DNA of 64,000 bases from an uncultured Azospirillum sp. (lineage in GTDB: Bacteria > Pseudomonadota > Alphaproteobacteria > RF32 > CAG-239), in assembly GCA_900538765.1 (NCBI GenBank), contig UQAB01000004.1, positions 2,350 through 66,349 on the forward strand. The letters run 5' to 3'. This document shows positions 25,821-34,693 of the stretch, one piece after another; the stretch's first letter is position 1, and every line of letters starts with the position of its first letter. The position numbers were made by a program, and so were the translations under genes. The notes beneath the pieces are model-generated. The model did not search any database. It worked only from the letters and a program-made list of their open reading frames with translations, and was not told the DNA's origin.

Positions 25821-27572
25821 ATGTCTTATTTGGAAAAAATCAATTCACCCAAAGATGTTAAGTTGCTTAATGAAAAGGAAATGGAAGCCTTGGCCGGGGA
25901 AATCCGTACCGCTGTTTTGAACCGTGACAGTAAAATCGGCGGCCATGTCGGTCCGAATCTCGGAATTGTGGAAGCGACTATTGCGTTGCATTATGTTTTT
26001 GATTCGCCAACAGATAAGATTGTTTATGATGTTTCTCACCAATGTTATCCGCACAAGCTTTTGACCGGTCGACAGAGAGGTTTTTTGACCGAGGCGGGAA
26101 TGGCTGAAATTTCCGGCTATACGAATCCGGCGGAAAGCGAACATGACAATTTTATTATCGGACATACGTCAACGTCTGTCAGTTTGGCCTGCGGTTTGGC
26201 TAAAGCGCGCGATATCAGAGGCGAAAAATACAATGTTATTGCCGTTATCGGCGATGGTTCCCTGAGTGGCGGCGAGGCTTTGGAAGGTTTCAGCAACGCG
26301 GCCGTTTTAGGCAGCAATATCATTATTATTGTTAATGACAATGAGATGTCGATTGCCGAGAATCACGGCGGTTTGTATACGAATCTGCGTCTGTTGCGCG
26401 AAACGAACGGCCAGGCAGAGTGCAATATGTTTAAGGCTTTGGGATTTGATTATCACTATGTGGCGGACGGTAATTCCATTAAACAGATGACAGCGGTTTT
26501 GTCGTCGGTGAAAGATACGCCGCGGCCGACAGTGGTACATATTCATACTCTTAAAGGAAAAGGTTATGCTTTTGCCGAGGAGAATAAAGAGAAATGGCAC
26601 TGGAATCTGCCTTTTGATATTGAAAGCGGCGAAGTAACCATCAATTTTGGCGATGGTGAAAATTATAACGATATTACGGCGAATTATTTGCTTAATAAGG
26701 TGTCCGAAGATAACAAAGTTGTCGTTGTCAATGCGGGAACGCCGGGTGCTTTTGGGCTGGATGCCGAAAGGCGCCGGAAATTCGGTGTCAATTATGTCGA
26801 TGTCGGTATTGCCGAAGAGCATGCTGTGGCAATGACGTCGGCTTTGGCCAAAGGCGGCTGCAAGCCGGTGTATATGGTTTGGAGCTCCTTTGTACAGCGG
26901 ACATATGACCAGTTGGCGCAGGATTTGGCGATTAATAATAATCCGGCGGTTATTCTGGTCTTTTCCGGTGCGATTTCGAGTATGGACGTGACGCATTTGG
27001 GGTGTTTTGATATTCCGCTGATTTCCAATATTCCGAATATTGTTTATCTGGCGCCGACGACAAAAGAAGAATATCTGGCAATGCTGGAATGGGGAATCGA
27101 GCAGACGGCGCATCCGGTGGTTATTCGTGTGCCGACTTATGTGACTTATGCCAAAGGTATGGTTGACAAGGCGTATGACCATTTGAACACTTCTGTGGTG
27201 ACGCAGGCGGGAAAAGACGTGGCTCTTCTCGGTTTAGGAAGCTTTTTTGATTTGGCGGAGAAAGCCGCTGCGGAACTAAAAAAGCACGGTATTACGGCGA
27301 CAGTGGTTAACCCGCGCTATATTACCGGTTTGGACGAGGCTTTGTTGGAAAGCCTGAAGGCCGGGCATAAGGTTGTTGCCTCTTTGGAAGACGGTGTGCT
27401 GAACGGTGGTTTCGGCGAAAAAGTCGCCAGATTTTACGGGGACAGCGCAATGAAGGTTTTGGCTTTCGGCGCCAAGAAGGAATTTACCGACAGGGTTTCT
27501 TTGGACGAACTGTATCAGCGCTATCATCTGACGCCGGAACTGATTGCAGCGGATATTTTGAAAGTATTGTAA
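25821..27572 (+). CDS. 1-deoxy-D-xylulose-5-phosphate synthase-like TPP enzyme (short, divergent paralog type, 583 aa)
   Basis: GGHVGPNLGIVEATIALHYVFDSPTDKIVYDVSHQCYPHKLLTGR and VIGDGSLSGGEALEG (TPP GDG motif), plus IAEEHAVAM in the pyrimidine-binding domain. SD GGAGAA lies upstream. Confidence 0.8.
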   Translation: MSYLEKINSPKDVKLLNEKEMEALAGEIRTAVLNRDSKIGGHVGPNLGIVEATIALHYVFDSPTDKIVYDVSHQCYPHKLLTGRQRGFLTEAGMAEISGYTNPAESEHDNFIIGHTSTSVSLACGLAKARDIRGEKYNVIAVIGDGSLSGGEALEGFSNAAVLGSNIIIIVNDNEMSIAENHGGLYTNLRLLRETNGQAECNMFKALGFDYHYVADGNSIKQMTAVLSSVKDTPRPTVVHIHTLKGKGYAFAEENKEKWHWNLPFDIESGEVTINFGDGENYNDITANYLLNKVSEDNKVVVVNAGTPGAFGLDAERRRKFGVNYVDVGIAEEHAVAMTSALAKGGCKPVYMVWSSFVQRTYDQLAQDLAINNNPAVILVFSGAISSMDVTHLGCFDIPLISNIPNIVYLAPTTKEEYLAMLEWGIEQTAHPVVIRVPTYVTYAKGMVDKAYDHLNTSVVTQAGKDVALLGLGSFFDLAEKAAAELKKHGITATVVNPRYITGLDEALLESLKAGHKVVASLEDGVLNGGFGEKVARFYGDSAMKVLAFGAKKEFTDRVSLDELYQRYHLTPELIAADILKVL

Positions 27573-27591
27573 TTTCAGGGAGGATAAATAT

Positions 27592-28170
27592 ATGAAAAAA
27601 ACAGGTTTTTTAGGCTTATTACTTGCTTTAGCCGGCATTTTATTCGGTATGTCGGCTACGGCACAGACAACAGGGGAGGAAAAGTTACCTATGGCAAATT
27701 CCAAAATTTTAATCGCTTATTATTCTTTATCCGGCAATACGCGGGAAGTGGCGGAAGCCATTCGCGAGAAAACCGGCGGCGATTTGTTCGAGATACAGAC
27801 GGTTTCCGCTTATCCGGCGGCGTATAATGAACAAACCGAGCAGGCTAAGAAAGAAATCAGCGAAAATTATCGTCCCGAGCTGAAAAACAAAGTTGCGAAC
27901 ATGGCACAGTATGATGTCGTTTTTATCGGTTCTCCAAACTGGTGGGGGACGATTACGCCGGCAGTCAGCAGTTTTATCGAGAGTTCCGATTTGTCGGGAA
28001 AGACGGTTGTGCCGTTTATTACGCATGGCGGCGGCGGTGTGCAGAATACGGTTAAGAATCTGAAGGCGCAGTGCCGGGGCTGTAAAGTCAGCGACAATCC
28101 GTGGGTTGGTTACGGCAGTCGTACTTTGGGTATTTCCGGCTGGCTTGAAGACGTAGGTTTGGCAAAATGA
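27592..28170 (+). CDS. flavodoxin-like protein (Flavodoxin_4-like) with possible signal peptide
   Basis: ILIAYYSLSGNTREVAE FMN-binding loop. An N-terminal hydrophobic 25 aa precedes it. Alternative start ATG 27691 has SD GGAGG at 27675-79. Confidence 0.8.
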   Translation: MKKTGFLGLLLALAGILFGMSATAQTTGEEKLPMANSKILIAYYSLSGNTREVAEAIREKTGGDLFEIQTVSAYPAAYNEQTEQAKKEISENYRPELKNKVANMAQYDVVFIGSPNWWGTITPAVSSFIESSDLSGKTVVPFITHGGGGVQNTVKNLKAQCRGCKVSDNPWVGYGSRTLGISGWLEDVGLAK

Positions 28171-29315
28171 ACCACGCAACTGAAACCGAGGCTATGATGC
28201 TGGCATTTTCGCTGGTTACTTCTCTTTTGGGATGTCTTGTAACGTCTTATTTGTTTTTCCGTTACACATGGTGTTTTGAGCTGGGATATGTTCGTCGGGG
28301 GCTGCTCTGGGGCGTTTTTCTGGCGGCAGGGTGCATTCCGCTGTTTATCTCTTATGAAGCGGAGATTTTTTTAGGCCGGATGTATCCATTTTACCGTTAT
28401 GCTCTGTATTTTGTTTTTGTTGCCTGCCTGCTGTTGTTTTGTTTGACGCTGGCAACGGATTTTGTTCTGTGGGTGTTGTCTTATACGCCTTGGGTCGCAA
28501 AGGTGGGCAAGTGGGCGAAATATGCCGGCGGATTTAACATTGCTTTGGCTTTGGTTTGTTGTGTTTATGCTTTGTATGCCGGAATGAAAGTTCCGGCTGT
28601 TGAAGAGGTGACAGTCGTTTCGGATAAGATAAAGAATGAGCGGAAAATTGTCGTGCTCAGCGATATTCATATTCACCGGGTTATCAACCCGGAAAAGGTG
28701 GAAGCAATTGTTGCCGCGGCGAATGCGCAACAGCCGGATATTGTTTTGCTGGCAGGAGACATTATTGACGATGATGTCGGCAAGGTGTCTGACATAAGCG
28801 TTTTGCTGAAAGGGCTTAAAGCCAAAGAGGGTATTTATTTTGTGACCGGTAACCATGAATTTTACGCCGGATACCGGGCAGCGGTTCGCGAGATGGAAAG
28901 TATGGGCTTTGTTTTTCTGGAAAACAACGGCGTGTCCCTCGGCGATATTTTTGTGGCGGGAATTCCCGATTGTACGGCCGGCGGTATGCTCGGCAAGAAC
29001 GCGGATGTTTCCCGGGCTTTTGTCGGGGCGGATACAGGGCAGTTCCGGTTGTTAATGTCCCACACACCGGCTGATTTCGGAAAGGAGAATCTTTTTGATC
29101 TGGAAGTTTCCGGTCATACGCACGGCGGACAGATTTTTCCGTTCCATATTCCGGCGAAGTTGAAAAACAAGTATCTGGCGGGAAAGTACCGGATGGAAAA
29201 CGGCGCCGAAATTTATGTAACGCGGGGGGCCGGGCAGTGGGGACCCCAGATGCGCCTGTTGGCACCGTCAGAAATTACGGTTCTAATTTTAAAACCTGAA
29301 AAGGAAGAAAAATGA
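28167..29315 (+). CDS. membrane-anchored metallophosphoesterase
   Basis: Calcineurin-like motifs VLSDIHI, LLAGDIIDD, GNHEF, GHTHGG, after ~4 N-terminal TM helices. ATGA overlap with the upstream gene. Confidence 0.85.
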   Translation: MNHATETEAMMLAFSLVTSLLGCLVTSYLFFRYTWCFELGYVRRGLLWGVFLAAGCIPLFISYEAEIFLGRMYPFYRYALYFVFVACLLLFCLTLATDFVLWVLSYTPWVAKVGKWAKYAGGFNIALALVCCVYALYAGMKVPAVEEVTVVSDKIKNERKIVVLSDIHIHRVINPEKVEAIVAAANAQQPDIVLLAGDIIDDDVGKVSDISVLLKGLKAKEGIYFVTGNHEFYAGYRAAVREMESMGFVFLENNGVSLGDIFVAGIPDCTAGGMLGKNADVSRAFVGADTGQFRLLMSHTPADFGKENLFDLEVSGHTHGGQIFPFHIPAKLKNKYLAGKYRMENGAEIYVTRGAGQWGPQMRLLAPSEITVLILKPEKEEK

Positions 29316-29785
29316 TAAAGATATTCAGTTGTGTTTTAATGATGGGAATGTGTCTGCATTCCTCTTTTACGGAGGCAAAAGAAATGAAAAAGGCGCCGAT
29401 TGATACGGTTTTTGAACAAGGCGAATCCAATCCTTACGGACAATATTTTACCGGCCAGACTTATCTGACAATGTTGAATGGCAGGGATGACGTTTTTAAC
29501 GCGCCGATAGGCAATGTGACGTTTGAGCCAGGGGCACGGACAAATTGGCACAAGCACAGCGGCGGGCAGATTCTTCTGGTTTTGAACGGGGAAGGGCGTT
29601 ATCAGGAAAAAGGAAAGGATATTCGGGTGTTGCGCAAAGGCGACGTTGTCCGAATTGTACCGAATATCGAACACTGGCACGGAGCGGCGCCGGACAGTTG
29701 GATGACGCATATTTCTTTGGAAACAAATGTTCCTGATAATGTGACAACCTGGCTGGAACCGGTCAGTGATGCGGAATATAAATAA
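29312..29785 (+). CDS. cupin domain protein
   Basis: VTFEPGARTNWHKHSGGQILLVLNGEGRY...HWHGA cupin motifs. The start overlaps the upstream stop (ATGA). Confidence 0.75.
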   Translation: MIKIFSCVLMMGMCLHSSFTEAKEMKKAPIDTVFEQGESNPYGQYFTGQTYLTMLNGRDDVFNAPIGNVTFEPGARTNWHKHSGGQILLVLNGEGRYQEKGKDIRVLRKGDVVRIVPNIEHWHGAAPDSWMTHISLETNVPDNVTTWLEPVSDAEYK

Positions 29786-30571
29786 ATGAAGAAAATTTTG
29801 GGCGTTATTGTTGTGTTGGCGATTGCAGCGGTGGTTGCGCTTTTGATGCCGGCAGAAAGAAAGGAGAACGGGATGCAGCGTTTGAACAGAACAGATCCTG
29901 AATTTGTGGCAATTTGGAATAATTTGCAGCAGTCGGAGGCGATATTGCATAACAGTTTAGGTGAAAAAGAGCGGCTTTTGCTTATTTTGGCTTCCAATAT
30001 TGCGACGCAGTCTGCGGGAATGTATCAGGAAACATTGGCAAAGGCGTTGGAAAAAGGTATTTCGCCAGTTGAGATCAAAGAGGTTTTGTATCATGCCGTT
30101 CCTTATGCCGGCGGCGCAAAGGTTTATGGTTTTCTGTTGTTGACGAATGAGCTCTTTGCAGAACGAGGAATTAAACTGCCGACGGAAGCTCAGGGAACGG
30201 TTTCTCAGCAGACGCGTTTTGACAAAGGGCTGGCAGTTCAGAAAGGAATTTTCGGCGAGCAGATTGACCGAATGCGCGCCGGGGCGCCGGCAGGGCAGAA
30301 ACATATTCAGGACTTTTTGTCGGCCAACTGTTTTGGCGATTATTATACAAGAAAAGGCCTGGATATCAAGCAGCGGGAACTGCTGACGTTCAGTATTCTT
30401 ATTTCCATGGGCGGAGCAGATGCTCAAGTCAGAGGCCATGTTCAGGGTAATGCCAATGTCGGTAACGGAAAAGAAACCCTGGTTGATGCGGTTACGGTTT
30501 TGCTGCCGTTTATCGGCTATCCGCGTTCATTGAATGCGCTGGCCGCAATTAATGAAATTCTTCCAGATTAA
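29786..30571 (+). CDS. carboxymuconolactone decarboxylase (AhpD-like) family protein, two CMD repeats
   Basis: Two CMD-like segments (KERLLLILASNIATQS... and QRELLTFSILISMGGADAQVRGH). It starts 1 nt after the cupin stop. Confidence 0.75.
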   Translation: MKKILGVIVVLAIAAVVALLMPAERKENGMQRLNRTDPEFVAIWNNLQQSEAILHNSLGEKERLLLILASNIATQSAGMYQETLAKALEKGISPVEIKEVLYHAVPYAGGAKVYGFLLLTNELFAERGIKLPTEAQGTVSQQTRFDKGLAVQKGIFGEQIDRMRAGAPAGQKHIQDFLSANCFGDYYTRKGLDIKQRELLTFSILISMGGADAQVRGHVQGNANVGNGKETLVDAVTVLLPFIGYPRSLNALAAINEILPD

Positions 30572-30594
30572 GATAAACGCGGAAAGTATTTTAG

Positions 30595-30625
30595 AGCACA
30601 GTTTTTTCAAGCTGTGCTTTTTCTT
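30595..30625 (+). terminator. operon terminator
   Basis: AGCACAG 30595-601 / CTGTGCT 30612-18, then a T run. Confidence 0.7.
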
Positions 30626-30908
30626 TAAAATAACTCTTGCCAATCTGTTTTTTTGTTTTTACTATGAAAGTAATTTTATATTATATATAGAATTAGAGTT
30701 TGTGGTTTGAAGCCTTGGCAAGCTTTTTATTATCGGCTGGGTAGGGAAAAGCATCGTTGTTTTATCATGTTTTACAGGTGCCGCCAAAGAATATATCTCC
30801 GGCTTTTTTGGCCGGGGAGCTTTCGCGCAGGTAGGCAGAAGGGTTATTCCGATGATATATTTGTCAATTCTTCGGCTGCTTTTTATTTTAACGGAAAGGT
30901 AAAAAATC

Positions 30909-31466
30909 ATGTTTTTATATTTTGCATTAACATTTGCCGTAGCAGCCTGTCTGTTTGAGCTTTATTTATTAATCAGTTATGTTCGCTGCCGGGGAAAATA
31001 TCTGCCGTTTGTTATTTCGTTCGGCCGGGTGAAGCGTGACCTTCTGCAGAAAGCCGAAGAAGTTTTGGCCGGAGAGGAGGAGAGCGTTGATGTTGTTGAT
31101 TTGGGGTGCGGAAGCGGCAGTTTACTGGTGCCTTTGGCCAAGAAGTTTCCCCAACACCGTTTTTATGGCTATGAATGGGACGCGCTGCCGTTCTTTCTGG
31201 TAAAAAAACGAACCGGAAAATTGAATAATCTGCATATATACAAAAAGGACTTTATGAAGGAAGATCTCAGCAGGTACAAGCTATTGTTGTGCAATGTCGG
31301 CAATGGTCTGGAACAGGAGCTGGGACGGAAGTTGAATGCGGAAATATCCGCTGACGCCATTGTTCTGTCGGAGATGTTCCGACTGGCAATTTTGCGGGAA
31401 AAAGAAATTTTTCCATCGCGTTTGTGGGGTTTGCGGGTTAATGTTTTTTGGTATGTCCGCCGTTGA
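30909..31466 (+). CDS. class I SAM-dependent methyltransferase with N-terminal TM helix
   Basis: VVDLGCGSGSLLVPLA motif I. 185 aa. Confidence 0.7.
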   Translation: MFLYFALTFAVAACLFELYLLISYVRCRGKYLPFVISFGRVKRDLLQKAEEVLAGEEESVDVVDLGCGSGSLLVPLAKKFPQHRFYGYEWDALPFFLVKKRTGKLNNLHIYKKDFMKEDLSRYKLLLCNVGNGLEQELGRKLNAEISADAIVLSEMFRLAILREKEIFPSRLWGLRVNVFWYVRR

Positions 31467-31613
31467 GAACGGGATGAATATGGAATGGATATGTCCGGTT
31501 TTCCTGAATTTTGTTTAACGGTACATTAATTTATTATTGACAAAATTTAGAAAAGGTATTACGACTCTTGTCGTGTTTAATATTTTTATGTTTAATTATA
31601 AAATTATAATTTT

Positions 31614-32786
31614 ATGCAAGAATTAGCGTTGGCTAACGGAGTGAAGGTTATAGTAGCTCCAAGCAATGGCGAAGGTTACAGAGTATCGGCAACAGTCAGA
31701 GTAGGTCATGTTAACGAATCCCGCCTGGGAATTGCCGCAGTTTGTGAAAAAGTAATTTTATCACAGCTGAAAAATTCGAGCGCTGTTTACGGCGGAACGA
31801 TAACTTCTTTTATTCTCGGCTGCAACAGCGGTAATGTGGAAGATGCCCTGACTGCTTTGGCAGGTGTGTTGAAAAATCCTGATTTGTCGCAACAGAGAAT
31901 TGATGCTGCCGTCGCGGATATTGTTCAGCACACGCAGGATATGGCTCCTCTGCCGCAACGTCAGATGAAGCTTCTTTACAAGCACACCGCTTTTAAGAAA
32001 GGCAAAGTGCTTTGGGATACGGATGCTTATATTGATTCGGTTAAAAGCCTTACGTCTGCGGATTTGAAATCCTTTATGGAAACGTATTATTCCGGAAAAA
32101 ATCTGGTTGTTTGTCTGGCAGGTCCTTCGGTTAAAACGGAAGAATTTGCCAAGCTGGCAGAAAAGTATCTGGGCGATTATCCGGCAGGAAGAGCGCAAAA
32201 GGTTGAAAATCAGTTCTATACCGGCGGTTATGCGAAATTGCCGGCGAAGAAAGGCTTCCAGAAAGTTATGTTGGGCTGGGATGTTTCCGGACTGCAAAAT
32301 GTGTCTGAAGCAAATGTCTTAATGTCGATGTTGGCCGGACGTCTGGAAAGAAGTTTTGCCGATTATGACGTTACGACGGAAGTAAAGATTGCCGGCTATT
32401 ATGGTTTGCGCACGCTTCGGGTTGCCGTTGAGGCTCGCGAGGAAGATGTCAATACATGTATTGACATTGTTTGTGCCAATATTAACCGTTTGACGACATC
32501 TTTGGCTTCAGACAGACGCATGGAAACTTCACGTAACCGGGCAATGTGCGAAAAGCTGTTTCAACTGACCCAGCAGGAGGATGCTTCGATTGAAGCCGCC
32601 TGGCAGGTCTTGGGACGGGGAAAAATGTATGATGTTTCCGAACGCATTAATGCCACATGGCTGGTGTCTGCGCGGGATGTTCAGGACATTGCCAGAGAAA
32701 TCTTTGCGACGCCGCTGACATTGGTTGTCTGTTCGCAGCAACCGTGTTATACGTACGACGAAGTGAAAAAAATGATTAAACAGTAA
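31614..32786 (+). CDS. M16 (pitrilysin) family protein with degenerate zinc motif
   Basis: VRVGHVNESRLGIAAVCEKVIL aligns with M16 GSRxExxxxxGxAHFLEHMxF. The HxxEH motif is replaced by AVCEK, so the protein is probably non-catalytic. Confidence 0.6.
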   Translation: MQELALANGVKVIVAPSNGEGYRVSATVRVGHVNESRLGIAAVCEKVILSQLKNSSAVYGGTITSFILGCNSGNVEDALTALAGVLKNPDLSQQRIDAAVADIVQHTQDMAPLPQRQMKLLYKHTAFKKGKVLWDTDAYIDSVKSLTSADLKSFMETYYSGKNLVVCLAGPSVKTEEFAKLAEKYLGDYPAGRAQKVENQFYTGGYAKLPAKKGFQKVMLGWDVSGLQNVSEANVLMSMLAGRLERSFADYDVTTEVKIAGYYGLRTLRVAVEAREEDVNTCIDIVCANINRLTTSLASDRRMETSRNRAMCEKLFQLTQQEDASIEAAWQVLGRGKMYDVSERINATWLVSARDVQDIAREIFATPLTLVVCSQQPCYTYDEVKKMIKQ

Positions 32787-32818
32787 TTCTTCGCTTAAGT
32801 TATAGCTTTACGTTTGAA

Positions 32819-32850
32819 AGGTCTGCGTTGTGAAACGCGGATCTTTTTTT
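32819..32850. terminator. terminator between convergent genes
   Basis: AGGTCTGCGTT / AACGCGGATCT (two G-T pairs), followed by a T7 run. Confidence 0.6.
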
Positions 32851-33415
32851 ATTGGGGAAAAGGAAGGTTCAGCAGTTTATACATCCGTTTCAGGCGGCGA
32901 ATCATGATATGTCTGGCTATGGCCGGGGATATTTTTTCCAGTCCCAGAAAACTCCATGATTTGTAGTTTTCAAAACTTTTCATATCAATGTAGCGCAAAC
33001 GGAAATGTCCTTTTTTGTTTTGGACTACGAAGTTCATTAAATTAAAATCATAAAAAAACAGGTTGTTTTTGAGCAGGAGCGCGGTGAAGGCGTTGATTTC
33101 GGCAATGATTTGTTCATTCATCCAGCTGCTGACAAGGTAGGTTACCAGAGGACGGGACGTTTTGCCGTTATCATCCAAGATAAGCTCGGAAACCAGCCCC
33201 TTTCCTTTGTTGGTGTCTACCAGCTGCGGGTCATAAGCGCAGACGAAGTTTCCGAGAATCGGCGATACACGATGGTAAATTTCCAGTTCTCTTTTGAAAG
33301 CAGGTTCAGCCAGTTTGGGATTTTGGTATACTTTGATACATTTTTCTTTTTCTTCCGGGTGAGCATAACATTCCCGGGTTGCGCCCTTGCCGATTAAGTC
33401 TGTCAGAAACATCAT
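32849..33415 (-). CDS. YrbL family protein (kinase-like fold)
   Basis: LIGKGATRECYAHPEEKEKCIKV closely matches E. coli YrbL LGTGRHRKCYAHPEDAQRCIKI. Confidence 0.65.
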   Translation of the reverse strand: MMFLTDLIGKGATRECYAHPEEKEKCIKVYQNPKLAEPAFKRELEIYHRVSPILGNFVCAYDPQLVDTNKGKGLVSELILDDNGKTSRPLVTYLVSSWMNEQIIAEINAFTALLLKNNLFFYDFNLMNFVVQNKKGHFRLRYIDMKSFENYKSWSFLGLEKISPAIARHIMIRRLKRMYKLLNLPFPQ

Positions 33416-33422
33416 GTCCGCC

Positions 33423-33947
33423 TCAGTATTGTATCAGGCTGAATATTTCGGTATCGGCCGGAAGTATTTCCCTGCCGTTCAGCCCTTTGAGTTCAATGAT
33501 AAAGGCTGCCGCCGTAATCCGTGCGTTCAGGCGTTGTATCAGGCGGCAGGCCGCGGCGGCGGTGCCGCCGGTTGCCAGAAGGTCGTCAATGATTAAGACG
33601 TTTTTGCCGGGTTCTATGGCGTCTTTGTGGATTTCAACGGCGTCGTTTCCGTATTCCAGAGCGTATTCTTCACGCAGGGTTTCGGCCGGAAGTTTGCCCG
33701 GTTTGCGGATGAGCGCCAGTCCGGCGCCGAGCTTTAACGCCAGAGGTGCGCCGAAGAGATAGCCGCGGGATTCTATGGCTGCAATGTAATCAATTTTCCG
33801 GTCTTTGAATTTTTGATAAAGAAGCTCGATTGTTTCCCGGTAAGCCGCCGCGTCTTGCAACAGCGTGGTTATGTCGCGAAACATGATGCCTGGTTTGGGA
33901 AAGTCCGGGACAGCACGGATTTTATTTTTGATATCGGTGACAGACAT
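33423..33947 (-). CDS. apt: adenine phosphoribosyltransferase
   Basis: DFPKPGIMFRDIT and VLIIDDLLATGGTA (PRPP motif). Confidence 0.93.
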   Translation of the reverse strand: MSVTDIKNKIRAVPDFPKPGIMFRDITTLLQDAAAYRETIELLYQKFKDRKIDYIAAIESRGYLFGAPLALKLGAGLALIRKPGKLPAETLREEYALEYGNDAVEIHKDAIEPGKNVLIIDDLLATGGTAAAACRLIQRLNARITAAAFIIELKGLNGREILPADTEIFSLIQY

Positions 33948-33952
33948 GGCGG

Positions 33953-34693
33953 TTACTTTCTTTTATAATCGAGAAAAACAGGGCGGCGCCCTTCCCGCAG
34001 GGCTTTACGCTGGTATTTGGTTTGTACCCAGTCGGCCGGTTCGCGTTTCCAGTCGCTGCCGCAGGCAGCGGTCCATTCAAAATCCGGGCAGTCGTGCATT
34101 TGGCGCAGTGTCCAAGCTTTGTAAATTTTGTGGTCGGTCGCTATGCGCAATATTCCGCCGGGTTTTAAAATACGCGCCAGTTCTTTCAGGTTTTCGGGAT
34201 TTACAAAGCGGCGGGAGGCGTGGCGCTTTTTGGGCCAGGGATCAGGGAACAACAGGTAGATGCGATCCAGAAAAGCATTCGGCAGTCTGGCAAAAAGCAG
34301 GCGGATGTCATCATCGTAAACTCTGATATTGTCAACTCTGCCCGGCAACAGCGTGATTTTTTCCGGCAGATTGGTGCCTTCCTTAATTCCTGTTATCAGA
34401 GTCAGCAGATTGGCGACGCCGTTTTGAAAAACTTCGGCGCCGATATAGCCGCGGCGCGGGTTGTTCAAAGCCTGTCCGGCGAGATGGTCGCCGCTGCCAA
34501 AGCCGATTTCAAGGCAGATTTCTTCTACGGGAACGCCAAACAGCGTGTTTTTATCCAGCTTGGTTTGGTCAGTGATTTTTATTTCCGGCAGAAATGTTTC
34601 CAGCAGCGTAGATTTGGCTTTGCGGATGACGCGGCCTTTGCGGCGGCCGAAAAATTTTGGTTTGTCAGAGATGAAATTGTTTTCTAAAAGCAT
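33953..34693 (-). CDS. trmB: tRNA (guanine46-N7)-methyltransferase
   Basis: EIGFGSGDHL and LLFPDPWPKKRHASRRF signatures. Confidence 0.9.
   Translation of the reverse strand: MLLENNFISDKPKFFGRRKGRVIRKAKSTLLETFLPEIKITDQTKLDKNTLFGVPVEEICLEIGFGSGDHLAGQALNNPRRGYIGAEVFQNGVANLLTLITGIKEGTNLPEKITLLPGRVDNIRVYDDDIRLLFARLPNAFLDRIYLLFPDPWPKKRHASRRFVNPENLKELARILKPGGILRIATDHKIYKAWTLRQMHDCPDFEWTAACGSDWKREPADWVQTKYQRKALREGRRPVFLDYKRK

Noticed and set aside
26307-27182. 291-aa minus-strand ORF inside the DXS-like gene. There are similar long antisense ORFs at 15395-16039, 29336-29950, 40298-41017, 42907-43566, 51379-51954 and 56496-57200.
   Set aside because: Each overlaps a well-supported gene on the other strand. 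They lack SD sequences and motifs and have skewed composition.
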